From NCBI GenBank assembly GCA_040220235.1, contig JAVJTO010000017.1: 64,000 bases of DNA; one strand, written 5' to 3'. Below are positions 47,397 through 56,792 of the stretch, piece after piece. A program made the position numbers and the translations under genes. Numbering within the stretch: the stretch's first letter is position 1; every line of letters starts with the position of its first letter. The notes under the pieces were generated by a model. It had not been told where the DNA came from. It searched no databases and was given only the letters and a program-made list of their open reading frames with translations. This stretch comes from Coleofasciculus sp. B1-GNL1-01 (lineage in GTDB: Bacteria; Cyanobacteriota; Cyanobacteriia; Cyanobacteriales; Coleofasciculaceae).

Positions 47397-50213
47397 GTGA
47401 GCCAAATGGGTAAATTTACGCCTTTCTTGAATCGCGCGATCGCTCAGGTTTGTAGTCAGCGCTTTAGCGCTTATGGCACTCAAGTGCCTACTAAGAACGG
47501 CGCGATCGCTTCAAGGTTTATAGTCAGCGCTTCAGCGCTTATGGCACTCAAGTGCCTACTACGAACACGAACGGCGCGATCGCTCCTCTTGGCTCTGGTG
47601 GGGTTAAGCTTAAGTCTGGGTATCCATATAGTACCCCAGGTACGGGCAGAACTCCCTGTCGCCACGGACAATCTAGCCTTAGTACAAGTGGGTAAAAATC
47701 ATTACAATGCTGGACAGTTTGCCGCAGGTATACAGGTTTTGCAACAAGCAGCACAGGGGTACGCCGAAACTGGGAATCCCCTCCAGCAAGCCCAAGTCTT
47801 AAGCCTGCTGTCATTAACCTATCAGAAACTGGGACAATGGCAAGCGGCTGAACAAACGATTCAAACCAGTTTATCGTTACTCGACACTGTACCGCAGGTG
47901 AATCCAATTGTTCGCGCTCAAGTATTAAATGCTCAAGGGCGTCTCCAATTAGCCACAGGTAACGCTGAAGCCGCATTAGCGACCTGGGAAGAGGCAGAAA
48001 CCTTTTATCAGCAAGCCGATGATCCTGTGGGTGCGATTGGCAGCAAAATTAATCAAGCCGAGGCAATGCAATCCCTGGGATTCTATCGGCGCACGGCACA
48101 GCTTTATCTGCGGCTGGAACAAGCCCTTTTCGCGTTAGACGATTCACCTGTTAAAGCAGCAGGCTTGCAAAATTTTGGCAATCTTTTGCGACAAGGGGGA
48201 GATTTAGAAAAGTCTCAGGATATGCTCACCCAAAGTTTGGCGTTAACTCGAACCTTAGCCTTATCCGAAAAAGAGAGTCAGATATTATTGAGTTTAGCCA
48301 ATACAGAGCGAACCTTAGCCCAACGCGCCCAAGTGTTTCAGGAACCCGCCGCCAAAGACTATACCCAAGCTGCCTTGACTTACTATCAACAGGCGGCGAT
48401 GAAATCCACGATTCCTATAACCCGCATTCAAGCACAACTTAATCAATTGAGTTTAGTGATCGAGACTGAATCCCTGTCACCGGATCAAGGATTATTATCC
48501 TCAATCGCAGCCGGATTATCAGATTTATCGGCTAGTCGTGCTTCTGTCTATGCCCATGTTAATTTTGCTGAAAGTTTGCTCAAAATGTCCGATTTAATGG
48601 TACAGAAGCAAAGCTCTGATGATATAGTGGCAATCCTAAATACAGCGATTCAACAGGCTGAACGTTTAGCAGACCAACGGGCGATATCTTATAGTTTAGG
48701 TACTTTAGGTAAGTTCTATGAAAAAACCCAAGACTGGACAAATGCCAAAACTGTGACTGAAAAAGCACTTCTGATTGCTCAACAGATGAACGCCCCCGAT
48801 ATCGCCTATCAATGGCAATGGCAAATGGGGCGATTACTGCAAGCACAAAGCCAAGATAATTCTCAAAATCTACCTGTTAATCCAGACGCGATTACTTATT
48901 ATACTCAAGCTGTTAAGACGTTAAACAATTTACGTGGTGATTTAGTCGCCCTCAATCCCGAAATTCAGTTCTCGTTCCGAGAAGCAGTAGAACCCGTTTA
49001 TCGTCAATTTGTTGATTTACTTCTGGGTTCTCCCACTCCCAGCAAAGCTAATCTGAGCCAAGCCCGTAATATCATGGAAGCCCTACAACTGGCTGAACTG
49101 GATAACTTCTTTCGCGATGCTTGTGCCGCACCAGCAGCCGTGGATATTGATAACGTCGATCCCCAAGCCGCGATTGTTTATCCAATTATATTACCTAATC
49201 ACTTGGATGTAATTCTCAAATTACCTGGACAAGATAACCTACGTCACTATGCTCATCAAGGTATCTCAGAAGCTCAAGTTGATCAAGCTGTGGAACAATT
49301 GCGCCTGGATTTAACCAAGCGCAGTACGAGCATCAGTGAAATTAAACAGGATGCGGCACAACTTTACGATTGGTTAATTCGTCCCTTTGAAGCTGATTTA
49401 GATCCCGCCAACTCAGATAACCCCACCGTTAAAACCTTAGTATTTGTCCTCGATGGTTCCTTACGCAATGTTCCGCCCTCTACTCTCTATGACGGAGAAA
49501 AGTATTTAATTGAGCGATATGCAGTGGCGTTAACGCCCGGTTTACAACTCCTAGAACCCAAACCCCTCAGCCGCGAGAATTTCCGAGGGTTGATTGCGGG
49601 AACGACGAATGCACCTAGCTTTGAGCAAGAGGGATTTTCTACTCTAGACAATGTAGCTAATGAGTTAGCCGGAATCCAACAGCAAATCACCCTGAATCAA
49701 ATTCTAGAAAATCAGGACTTTGTTAAAGAAAATATCCGCAATCAGATTAATATGGCATCCTTTAATCTGGTACACATTGCCACTCACGGCAAATTTAGTT
49801 CTAATCCTCAACAAACCTTTCTCTTAGACTGGAGTGGGCGGATTAATGTTCAGGATTTAGATAGTTTATTACGCACCAATGAACCCAATCATACCAGCGC
49901 TATTGAATTACTGGTTTTGAGTGCTTGCGAAACCGCAACTGGGGATAAGCGTGCCGCATTAGGATTAGCCGGAATTGCCGTGCGAGCAGGTGCCCGCAGC
50001 ACATTGGCGACATTGTGGCAAGTTAATGATGCATCCACTGCCGAATTTATGCAACGGTTTTATCAACAGTTAAAAGAGCCTCAACTGAGTAAAGCTGAAG
50101 CTCTGCGGCAAACTCAAATTGCGTTTTTAACCGAGTATCCAGATAATCCCGACAAAGATTACCTACGCCCCTATCACTGGGCACCGTTTATTCTGATTGG
50201 GAATTGGTTATAA
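47397..50213 (+). CDS. Exported TPR + CHAT (caspase-like) protease; start uncertain (47397, 47406 or 47541)
   Basis: TPRs; catalytic HIATHG and VLSACETA motifs; ATLWQVND and HWAPFILIGNWL; h-region LLLALVGLSLSLG..VRA. Confidence 0.92.
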   Translation: MSQMGKFTPFLNRAIAQVCSQRFSAYGTQVPTKNGAIASRFIVSASALMALKCLLRTRTARSLLLALVGLSLSLGIHIVPQVRAELPVATDNLALVQVGKNHYNAGQFAAGIQVLQQAAQGYAETGNPLQQAQVLSLLSLTYQKLGQWQAAEQTIQTSLSLLDTVPQVNPIVRAQVLNAQGRLQLATGNAEAALATWEEAETFYQQADDPVGAIGSKINQAEAMQSLGFYRRTAQLYLRLEQALFALDDSPVKAAGLQNFGNLLRQGGDLEKSQDMLTQSLALTRTLALSEKESQILLSLANTERTLAQRAQVFQEPAAKDYTQAALTYYQQAAMKSTIPITRIQAQLNQLSLVIETESLSPDQGLLSSIAAGLSDLSASRASVYAHVNFAESLLKMSDLMVQKQSSDDIVAILNTAIQQAERLADQRAISYSLGTLGKFYEKTQDWTNAKTVTEKALLIAQQMNAPDIAYQWQWQMGRLLQAQSQDNSQNLPVNPDAITYYTQAVKTLNNLRGDLVALNPEIQFSFREAVEPVYRQFVDLLLGSPTPSKANLSQARNIMEALQLAELDNFFRDACAAPAAVDIDNVDPQAAIVYPIILPNHLDVILKLPGQDNLRHYAHQGISEAQVDQAVEQLRLDLTKRSTSISEIKQDAAQLYDWLIRPFEADLDPANSDNPTVKTLVFVLDGSLRNVPPSTLYDGEKYLIERYAVALTPGLQLLEPKPLSRENFRGLIAGTTNAPSFEQEGFSTLDNVANELAGIQQQITLNQILENQDFVKENIRNQINMASFNLVHIATHGKFSSNPQQTFLLDWSGRINVQDLDSLLRTNEPNHTSAIELLVLSACETATGDKRAALGLAGIAVRAGARSTLATLWQVNDASTAEFMQRFYQQLKEPQLSKAEALRQTQIAFLTEYPDNPDKDYLRPYHWAPFILIGNWL
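47436..47583 (+). repeat. Two tandem REP-like units bounded by three HIP1 sites inside the CHAT 5' region
   Basis: HIP1 at 47436, 47502 and 47576; units GTTT.TAGTCAGCGCTT.AGCGCTTATGGCACTCAAGTGCCTACTA; related copies at ~47250 and ~27582. Confidence 0.85.
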
Positions 50214-51030
50214 CATCGCTCGGTATCACACTACCAACAATGGGTTCTTGCTCAATTTCTTTTAACCCAATGCGTTCATCCCCTAAGAGTTCTAGCCAGA
50301 TACTTTTCAATGTCGAATCGTTAGGGTATTCCAAGCGTAATTGAGCTAATTCCGTGAGCATATCATACCAAACGTCATGACGGGCGTAAGCAGCAACCCG
50401 TTCTAGGGGATTTTGAGTTTGACTTAATTCCGCCTCAAGTTCAGGAAATTGGGGAACTCGTCGCACAAACCCGGTTAGCGATGCTGGTGCCAGTCGAGTT
50501 GCTGATTGCGGGGATTGTGTTGAACGGGGACAACTTATTTCAAAATACCAGCGATAGGTTTTACCTATTTCTAACGGCTTTTCTGTCTTGGGAATCGTGA
50601 CACTGACAATTCCTGGTGTGGCTGGCAGTTTAAAGGTGGTACGATAAATATCATCTTCCCCATGTTGAATAGAAAATTCTCCAGAGGATACTTTGTCTGA
50701 ACCGTAGGGGACATAAACCCAAAAGGTGGGATATTCACTCACGGTTAACTGGAAATTCTTACCACCCGCCATGCGAGTGAGGAAAAGATCTCCTTCGGTG
50801 TATTCGCAGTCACCACGAGTACCGGTGCCATTGTCAGTTGTAGGAGTACCATTACCATCATCACCGGGTAAATTGGGCAAAAGAGAGGGAATCGATATTG
50901 GCTCAAAGATAGTATTCGACGACTCAACCTGTGCCATGGCTGGGGAAAGATGAGTCATTAGACTAAGGATAATACCTATTGCTAGTACGGGTTGGCATCG
51001 AGGGATAAGCCTAAATTGGAAAATGTTCAT
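50188..51030 (-). CDS. DUF928-domain exported protein
   Basis: Signal peptide (PAMA-Q); GTGTRGDC, PTFWVYVPY, LEIGKTYRWYF and YARHDVWYD motifs. Confidence 0.88.
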   Translation of the reverse strand: MNIFQFRLIPRCQPVLAIGIILSLMTHLSPAMAQVESSNTIFEPISIPSLLPNLPGDDGNGTPTTDNGTGTRGDCEYTEGDLFLTRMAGGKNFQLTVSEYPTFWVYVPYGSDKVSSGEFSIQHGEDDIYRTTFKLPATPGIVSVTIPKTEKPLEIGKTYRWYFEISCPRSTQSPQSATRLAPASLTGFVRRVPQFPELEAELSQTQNPLERVAAYARHDVWYDMLTELAQLRLEYPNDSTLKSIWLELLGDERIGLKEIEQEPIVGSVIPSDVITNSQSE

Positions 51031-51050
51031 GTCTCTGTTTGTAATGATAC

Positions 51051-51153
51051 TAAGCTGTTCGGCATTTAAACTTTAATATCAATAACGGCGAAAGCCTTGT
51101 AGTGCGAGCATCTTGCTCGCTACTAATACCCAATTTAAATGCATGACAGCTTA
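51051..51153 (+). mobile_element. MITE family A copy 4, 20 bp upstream of the DUF928 start codon
   Basis: TAAGCTGTTCGGCATTTAAA...TTTAAATGCATGACAGCTTA. Confidence 0.88.
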
Positions 51154-51311
51154 GAGGATAGAACGTAGTTTTATTATCGGTAGGGCAGTTATTTGAGTAG
51201 GAAAGCCGGGAATAATTTAAAGGGCTTTCCTGGAACTTCTCACCCAGACAATATTTTTGCCGCAATATTTAATTATAGATGCACCCGTCACGTTTTCTGT
51301 GATAATTTCCC

Positions 51312-51761
51312 CTATTCTAAATACACTAAATAGTTACTCCAAATATGATATAAGGGAAGATGGGGAGTTGAACCCCAAAATAAATTGGGTTCAAACAATT
51401 GATAAAGATGAAGATACATCGGGATGACAATATCTGTGATTGGAGCTTCCTCTTCTAGTTCATTTTGATTTTCCTGATTGAAAAATGTGAGAATGCTATT
51501 TCTGAAATTGTCTGATTCTGGAAGCCAATTTAGTCCGTTATTAAGAAAGTGGCGACGAGGGGGGGGTTCCGGATCTGGAATAGAAAAACAAGGAAAACCA
51601 AAATTACAGAGAAAGGGAAAAGATTGTGAGAAAGAAGATTGTGAGAAAGAAGATTCAGAGCGAGAAGAGCGACTAAAACTATTTAGCAAAAATCCTGAAT
51701 ACGCCGGATATAACAGTAAAGAAGTATCAGGAGTGTATGAATTCCAAATGCTAAGTCTCAT
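51312..51761 (-). CDS. Hypothetical Ser/Phe/Pro-rich ORFan
   Basis: 149 codons with an AAGGAG Shine-Dalgarno upstream; no recognised domain. Confidence 0.5.
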   Translation of the reverse strand: MRLSIWNSYTPDTSLLLYPAYSGFLLNSFSRSSRSESSFSQSSFSQSFPFLCNFGFPCFSIPDPEPPPRRHFLNNGLNWLPESDNFRNSILTFFNQENQNELEEEAPITDIVIPMYLHLYQLFEPNLFWGSTPHLPLYHIWSNYLVYLE

Positions 51762-51866
51762 CTGTGTACCAATTCTCCTTTTTTAGTAGTTAGGAAGGGG
51801 TTGCTGAGTGAATTTGTTGGCTTTGCCTTCCCTTTTCGGTTTTCATTATCGATGACAATTACCCCA

Positions 51867-51930
51867 AATAAATCGGGAAAATTCAGGACTTGAAAATTCA
51901 GGAAAATTCAGGGTGTTCGGGAAAGTTGAG
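51867..51930. promoter_or_regulatory. Cluster of 10-bp direct repeats GAAAATTCAG (putative operator)
   Basis: Exact copies at 51877, 51892 and 51902; degenerate at 51867 and 51921. Confidence 0.5.
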
Positions 51931-52393
51931 GTTGATTTTCGTAAATATTAGGGATAATTTTATCGTACTTGTATCCTGATAAGTATTAAATTTTACAACT
52001 CAATGTAACGATTAGCTTAATGGTGAGAAACCCGATCGCTATCCTACCCCACAATCCTGAAACTCCTTTACCCTAAAAAGGTTGAGCCATTCTCATCAAC
52101 TAGCTGAACCCTAATTGTATCAAATATTACCTTTTAAATTCTGTCAGTGCTTCCCTGATAATTGTATCAATATGTAAAAAATATCGTCAGTTTGCTATGG
52201 TTAAACTAGAAACTCTCTATGACTCTATTCGGGCTGCCAGAGTCTCGCCAACGGCATTCCCAGCCAAAATGTCGAAAATGTAGAGACGTGGTGTCACCTT
52301 TCTACAGGCGGCAAAACCGAGCTATTGGATAGTGATGATTTAACGATTACACAGCCAGTATTACCCGACAAAATTGCCGTTCAAATCCATCGG

Positions 52394-52414
52394 AATAATT
52401 CAGGAAAATTCAGG
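52394..52414. promoter_or_regulatory. Second direct-repeat pair AATAATTCAG-GAAAATTCAG upstream of the HTH-AAA gene
   Basis: AATTCAGGAAAATTCAGG identical to the sequence at 51895-51912. Confidence 0.5.
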
Positions 52415-52514
52415 TTTATTGGCTTGTGTAATTTTCGCAAAATCTCACTTCATCTCAGGGTGTATTCGTATTTACTAAGATAAGATAAATAGGTTAGTTT
52501 GAGCATCCATACCA

Positions 52515-53852
52515 ATGACATTTGATATCGATGACGCCATTCAAATGGCGAACCAAGCCATATCCCGCAGCGCTCACCGCAGCTTAACTGATGTAGAAGT
52601 CATTGTCCTCAAAGGAGCATGGCAACGTCAGGACTATGATGAAATTGCTGCTAAACATCAATATTCCACCAGCTATATTAGTCAAGATGTTGCCCCGAAG
52701 CTGTGGAGACTCTTGACCAAAGCTTTAGGAGAGAAAGTGAAAAAAAATAACTTTAAGCAAGTATTGGAACGACATTGGAAACAGCAGCACTTTTCCGATG
52801 CTTCTTTGAATTCAAGTTGGCAATCTTCAACCCATTGTCTTTCTCAGCAAAAACCGCCCAAATCATTCGCCCCTGACTATTATGTAGAACGTTCTCCCCT
52901 GGAAACCACCTGTTATCAAACCCTCTTACAAACGGGAGCATTAGTGCGGGTTAAAGCGCCCAGTTTAATGGGCAAAACTTTACTCGTGAATCGGGTATTA
53001 GCTGAATTGGCAACTCAAGGCTACCGCACCGCAAGTTTAAGCTTTAAGCTAGCTGATAGTAAGATTCATTTCACTCATCTGGATAAATTCTTGCGCTGGT
53101 TTTGTATTAATCTCTCGCGTGAACTCGGTTTACCCAATGCCTTAGATGAGTATTGGGATGAAGAGGATATGGGGTCTAAAGTCAGTTGTACTACTTACTT
53201 TGAAGACTATCTCTTAGCTTCAGGGAATAATCCCATCGCTTTGTGCTTAGATGATGTCCATTTACTCTTCGCCTATCCCGAAATTTATGAAGACTTTTTT
53301 GGACTCCTGCGTTCCTGGTATGAAAAAGCTAGAAGTCGCAAACGGTGGCAACTATTGCGCTTAATTATCGTCCATTCCACTGATGTTTACATTCGCCTCA
53401 ATATTAATCAATCACCATTTAATGTTGGCTTACCCATTGAACTTGCTGACTTTACCTTAGAGCAGATACAAGAGTTTGCCCAAAACTATGGACTCAATCC
53501 CGATTTGAGTTACCTTCAACCCTTAATCAACATGATCGGAGGACACCCTTATTTAGTCGAACGCGCCTTTACGCACTTAAAAAATGACCCCAACATGACC
53601 CTTGAACAACTCTTAGCCACTGCGCCAACGGACGCAGGAATTTATGCTAGTCATTTGCGAGAAAATTGGTTGTATTTACAGTCTCATCCTCAACTAGCAG
53701 AGGCGTTTAAAACTGTTGTTACGACTAAAACGCCTGTACAACTTGAACCCATGCAAGCCTATCAACTTCATAGTATAGGTTTAGTCAAACGGTCGGGAAA
53801 TAAAGTCGAACCCCGCTGTGATTTATATCGTCAATATTTCTGCAATCATTAA
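52515..53852 (+). CDS. N-terminal HTH + AAA_35 (STAND-like) NTPase
   Basis: [48 protein letters not shown] and GGHPYL motifs. Confidence 0.85.
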   Translation: MTFDIDDAIQMANQAISRSAHRSLTDVEVIVLKGAWQRQDYDEIAAKHQYSTSYISQDVAPKLWRLLTKALGEKVKKNNFKQVLERHWKQQHFSDASLNSSWQSSTHCLSQQKPPKSFAPDYYVERSPLETTCYQTLLQTGALVRVKAPSLMGKTLLVNRVLAELATQGYRTASLSFKLADSKIHFTHLDKFLRWFCINLSRELGLPNALDEYWDEEDMGSKVSCTTYFEDYLLASGNNPIALCLDDVHLLFAYPEIYEDFFGLLRSWYEKARSRKRWQLLRLIIVHSTDVYIRLNINQSPFNVGLPIELADFTLEQIQEFAQNYGLNPDLSYLQPLINMIGGHPYLVERAFTHLKNDPNMTLEQLLATAPTDAGIYASHLRENWLYLQSHPQLAEAFKTVVTTKTPVQLEPMQAYQLHSIGLVKRSGNKVEPRCDLYRQYFCNH

Positions 53853-53866
53853 GGAGCGAATGCCTA

Positions 53867-56767
53867 ATGGGAGCGGATGAACTCAACAGGGCTGATCGGT
53901 ATCATCTTGGTGGAAGCTTACCCGCTGATGCACCAACTTATGTGGTTAGAAAAGCGGATTCTGAACTCTATAACGGTTTATTAGCCGGGGAATATTGCTA
54001 TGTCCTCAATTCTCGGCAAATGGGAAAATCTTCCCTGCGAATCCGTACCATGTGCAAACTCAAATCCCAAGGAATTGCCTGTGCTGAAATTGAACTGAAT
54101 GGTATTGGTAGTCAACAGATTAGCGCCCAGCAATGGTACGGTGGAATTATCCAAGAATTAATTAGTGGGTTCGATTTACAAGTGAATCGACGGAACTGGT
54201 TACGGGAGTATGAGGATCTCTCCCCGGTGCAGCGTTTGGGCAAATTCCTGGAAACAGTATTGCTGGCACAGATTCCCCAAAACATCGTTATTTTTATCGA
54301 TGAAATTGATAGTGTTTTGGGATTGAGCTTTCCGGCTGATGATTTTTTTGCCTTGATTCGTAACTGTTATGACAAACGGGCAACTAAATTTGACTACAAA
54401 CGCCTTACCTTTGCCTTATTGGGAGTCGCCACCCCATCGGATTTAATTCAAGACAAACATGCGACACCTTTTAATATTGGTCGGGCAATTGAATTGAAGG
54501 GGTTTCAAGTTCACGAAAGCGCGGCTTTAATTCAAGGGTTAGTCGGACGAGTTAGCTGTCCCCAAGCTGTATTAAGAGAGGTATTGTACTGGACAGGAGG
54601 TCAACCGTTTCTCACCCAGAAATTCTGTTGGCTTCTGGTGAATTATTGTCACCAACAAGAAAATGGACTCTGCACAATTCCTGAGAATGAAGCCCCCCGA
54701 TGGGTGGAACAGTTTGTGCAAACGCAGATCATTGAAAATTGGGAAGCCCAAGATGAACCGGAACATCTGAGAACGATTCGCGATCGCCTGTTGGGGCAAC
54801 CTCACTGTTGTCAACAATCACTCCAGATTTATCGAATCATTTTAGAACAGGGAAGTGTTGAGGCGAAAAATAGTCCTGAACATATCGAATTGCGGTTATC
54901 GGGGTTAGTGAATAAACACCAGGGAAACTTAGTGGTTTATAACCCAATCTATCAATCGGTGTTTAATCTGGATTGGATTGAAAAACATTGTCCTAAGGAA
55001 CGGATTCTTGCCATCGTTTTTACCGATGTGGAATCATTTTCGACAAAAATGGCAGCCGATGAGAAGCATACCTTGGCACTTCTTCAAAGGGATTTTCAGC
55101 TAATCCGGGGATGCTGTGAGCAGTTTTCTGGCGAGATACTCAAAGGGTTGGGAGATGGGTGGTTGATCCGCTTTGATAGTGCAGAAAACGCCGTCGATTG
55201 CGCGATCGCGATCCAACAAGCCATCAAAACCGCTGCGGCGAATTTACCCAAGCGTGACATTCTCCGCCATCGCATTGGTATCCACCTGGGGGAAGTATTT
55301 TTCTTGCAAAATGATTTCGGTGTTTCACCCTCCCGTAATTTTATCAACACCTATCAGGATGATGTGATGGGTAATGTGGTGAATGTGGCGGCGCGGCTGC
55401 AAACTGAAGCACCAGCAGGCGGGATTTGTATTTCCCAAACCGTCTATGAAGCCGTTCAGGATCATCTGAATGGAGTGAAGGATCAGCAACAGCTTCAGAT
55501 TACGAAAGCCGGAGAACGCCTGTTAAAGAATATTCCCCGACCTATCCCCGTTTATATTATTACCCTTGATCCATACCTGCAACCCTGGTGGTGGAAAATA
55601 CTCATCCTCTTGATCACAGCCGCGATCGCGACAGGTTTGGTTGTAGGAGTGCGATCGCGCGGTGGGTTGGAGTCTTGGGAACTTCAAGTTTTTGATCACC
55701 TGATGCGGTTACAACCCCCTGAAGAACCCGATGAACGACTCTTAATTGTGGAGATTACCGAAAAAGACGTTCAGGCTCAACCCGCTGAAGAACGAGTGGG
55801 TGCGTCTCTCTCAGATCGCGCCTTGGCTGAACTCCTGGCTAAATTAGAGTCGTATCAACCCCAAACCATTGGCTTAGACATTTATCGCGATCGCCCAGTA
55901 GAGGACAACTATCCAGAGTTAGCCCAAGCCATGGAAACGAGCGATCGCTTGTTTACTATTTGTCATTACGGTAATCCTGGCGTTGTACCGCCACCGGAAG
56001 TGTCAGGGGAACGACAAGGGTTTAATAATGTTGTCCTCGATACCGATGATATTCTGCGTCGTCATCTTCTCGCGGTTTCTGACGCCTCGCCCTGTCAAAA
56101 TCAATACGCTTTTAGTATACAGGTTGCTAGTCATTACCTAGCCGCCCAAGGAATTAAGCCACACCTGAATTCCGACGGGTATCTTCAGCTTGGCTCAACC
56201 GTATTTAAAACCTTAGATACAAACCCTGGCGGCTACTCGACGATCAATTCCAGTGGTCACCAAATCTTACTCAATTACCGCGCCACGAATCAGATTGCTG
56301 AGAAAATTACGCTCACAGACGTTCTAAATGGTCAACTCAATCCTGAACAGGTAAAAAATCGTATTGTTCTAATTGGCACCACGGCTCCCAGTTTTAACGA
56401 TCATCGTTGGTTCACTCCCTATAGTAAAGGACAAGGAACCGTTCAAACCATGACCGGAATAGAAATTCAAGCGCAGATGGTCAGTCAAATTCTCAGTGCT
56501 GTTTTAGATCAGCGACCCCTGATCTGGTGGTGGTCAGAACCCATTGAGATCCTGTGGATTTGCGGCTGGTCTTTAATCGGCGGACTACTCGCCCAAAATT
56601 CTCGTTCACCACGAGGGTTTCTGATCCGAGGCGGAGTCGCGATCGCTATTTTATACGGAAGCGGCTGGGTGCTTTTCCTGCAAGGGGGTTGGATACCCCT
56701 AGTTCCCGCCGCGATCGCTTTGGTGATGAGTGGAGGTATGCTGATAGTTTTCTCTCAGTTTAAATAA
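53867..56767 (+). CDS. AAA_35 NTPase - class III adenylate cyclase - TM - CHASE2 - 3TM receptor
   Basis: [29 protein letters not shown]; cyclase [32 protein letters not shown]2 [24 protein letters not shown]. Confidence 0.9.
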   Translation: MGADELNRADRYHLGGSLPADAPTYVVRKADSELYNGLLAGEYCYVLNSRQMGKSSLRIRTMCKLKSQGIACAEIELNGIGSQQISAQQWYGGIIQELISGFDLQVNRRNWLREYEDLSPVQRLGKFLETVLLAQIPQNIVIFIDEIDSVLGLSFPADDFFALIRNCYDKRATKFDYKRLTFALLGVATPSDLIQDKHATPFNIGRAIELKGFQVHESAALIQGLVGRVSCPQAVLREVLYWTGGQPFLTQKFCWLLVNYCHQQENGLCTIPENEAPRWVEQFVQTQIIENWEAQDEPEHLRTIRDRLLGQPHCCQQSLQIYRIILEQGSVEAKNSPEHIELRLSGLVNKHQGNLVVYNPIYQSVFNLDWIEKHCPKERILAIVFTDVESFSTKMAADEKHTLALLQRDFQLIRGCCEQFSGEILKGLGDGWLIRFDSAENAVDCAIAIQQAIKTAAANLPKRDILRHRIGIHLGEVFFLQNDFGVSPSRNFINTYQDDVMGNVVNVAARLQTEAPAGGICISQTVYEAVQDHLNGVKDQQQLQITKAGERLLKNIPRPIPVYIITLDPYLQPWWWKILILLITAAIATGLVVGVRSRGGLESWELQVFDHLMRLQPPEEPDERLLIVEITEKDVQAQPAEERVGASLSDRALAELLAKLESYQPQTIGLDIYRDRPVEDNYPELAQAMETSDRLFTICHYGNPGVVPPPEVSGERQGFNNVVLDTDDILRRHLLAVSDASPCQNQYAFSIQVASHYLAAQGIKPHLNSDGYLQLGSTVFKTLDTNPGGYSTINSSGHQILLNYRATNQIAEKITLTDVLNGQLNPEQVKNRIVLIGTTAPSFNDHRWFTPYSKGQGTVQTMTGIEIQAQMVSQILSAVLDQRPLIWWWSEPIEILWICGWSLIGGLLAQNSRSPRGFLIRGGVAIAILYGSGWVLFLQGGWIPLVPAAIALVMSGGMLIVFSQFK

Positions 56768-56792
56768 CATCTCTGCGCCTCAATCATCCATT

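Noticed and set aside
51050..51265. 71-aa ORF upstream of DUF928
   Set aside because: Its 3' half is MITE family A sequence; the 23771-23971, 35504-35686 and 37623-37885 ORFs likewise overlap repeats
51478..51786. 102-aa plus-strand ORF opposite the ORFan
   Set aside because: TTG start with no evident RBS; the minus-strand ORF has the SD and operon orientation
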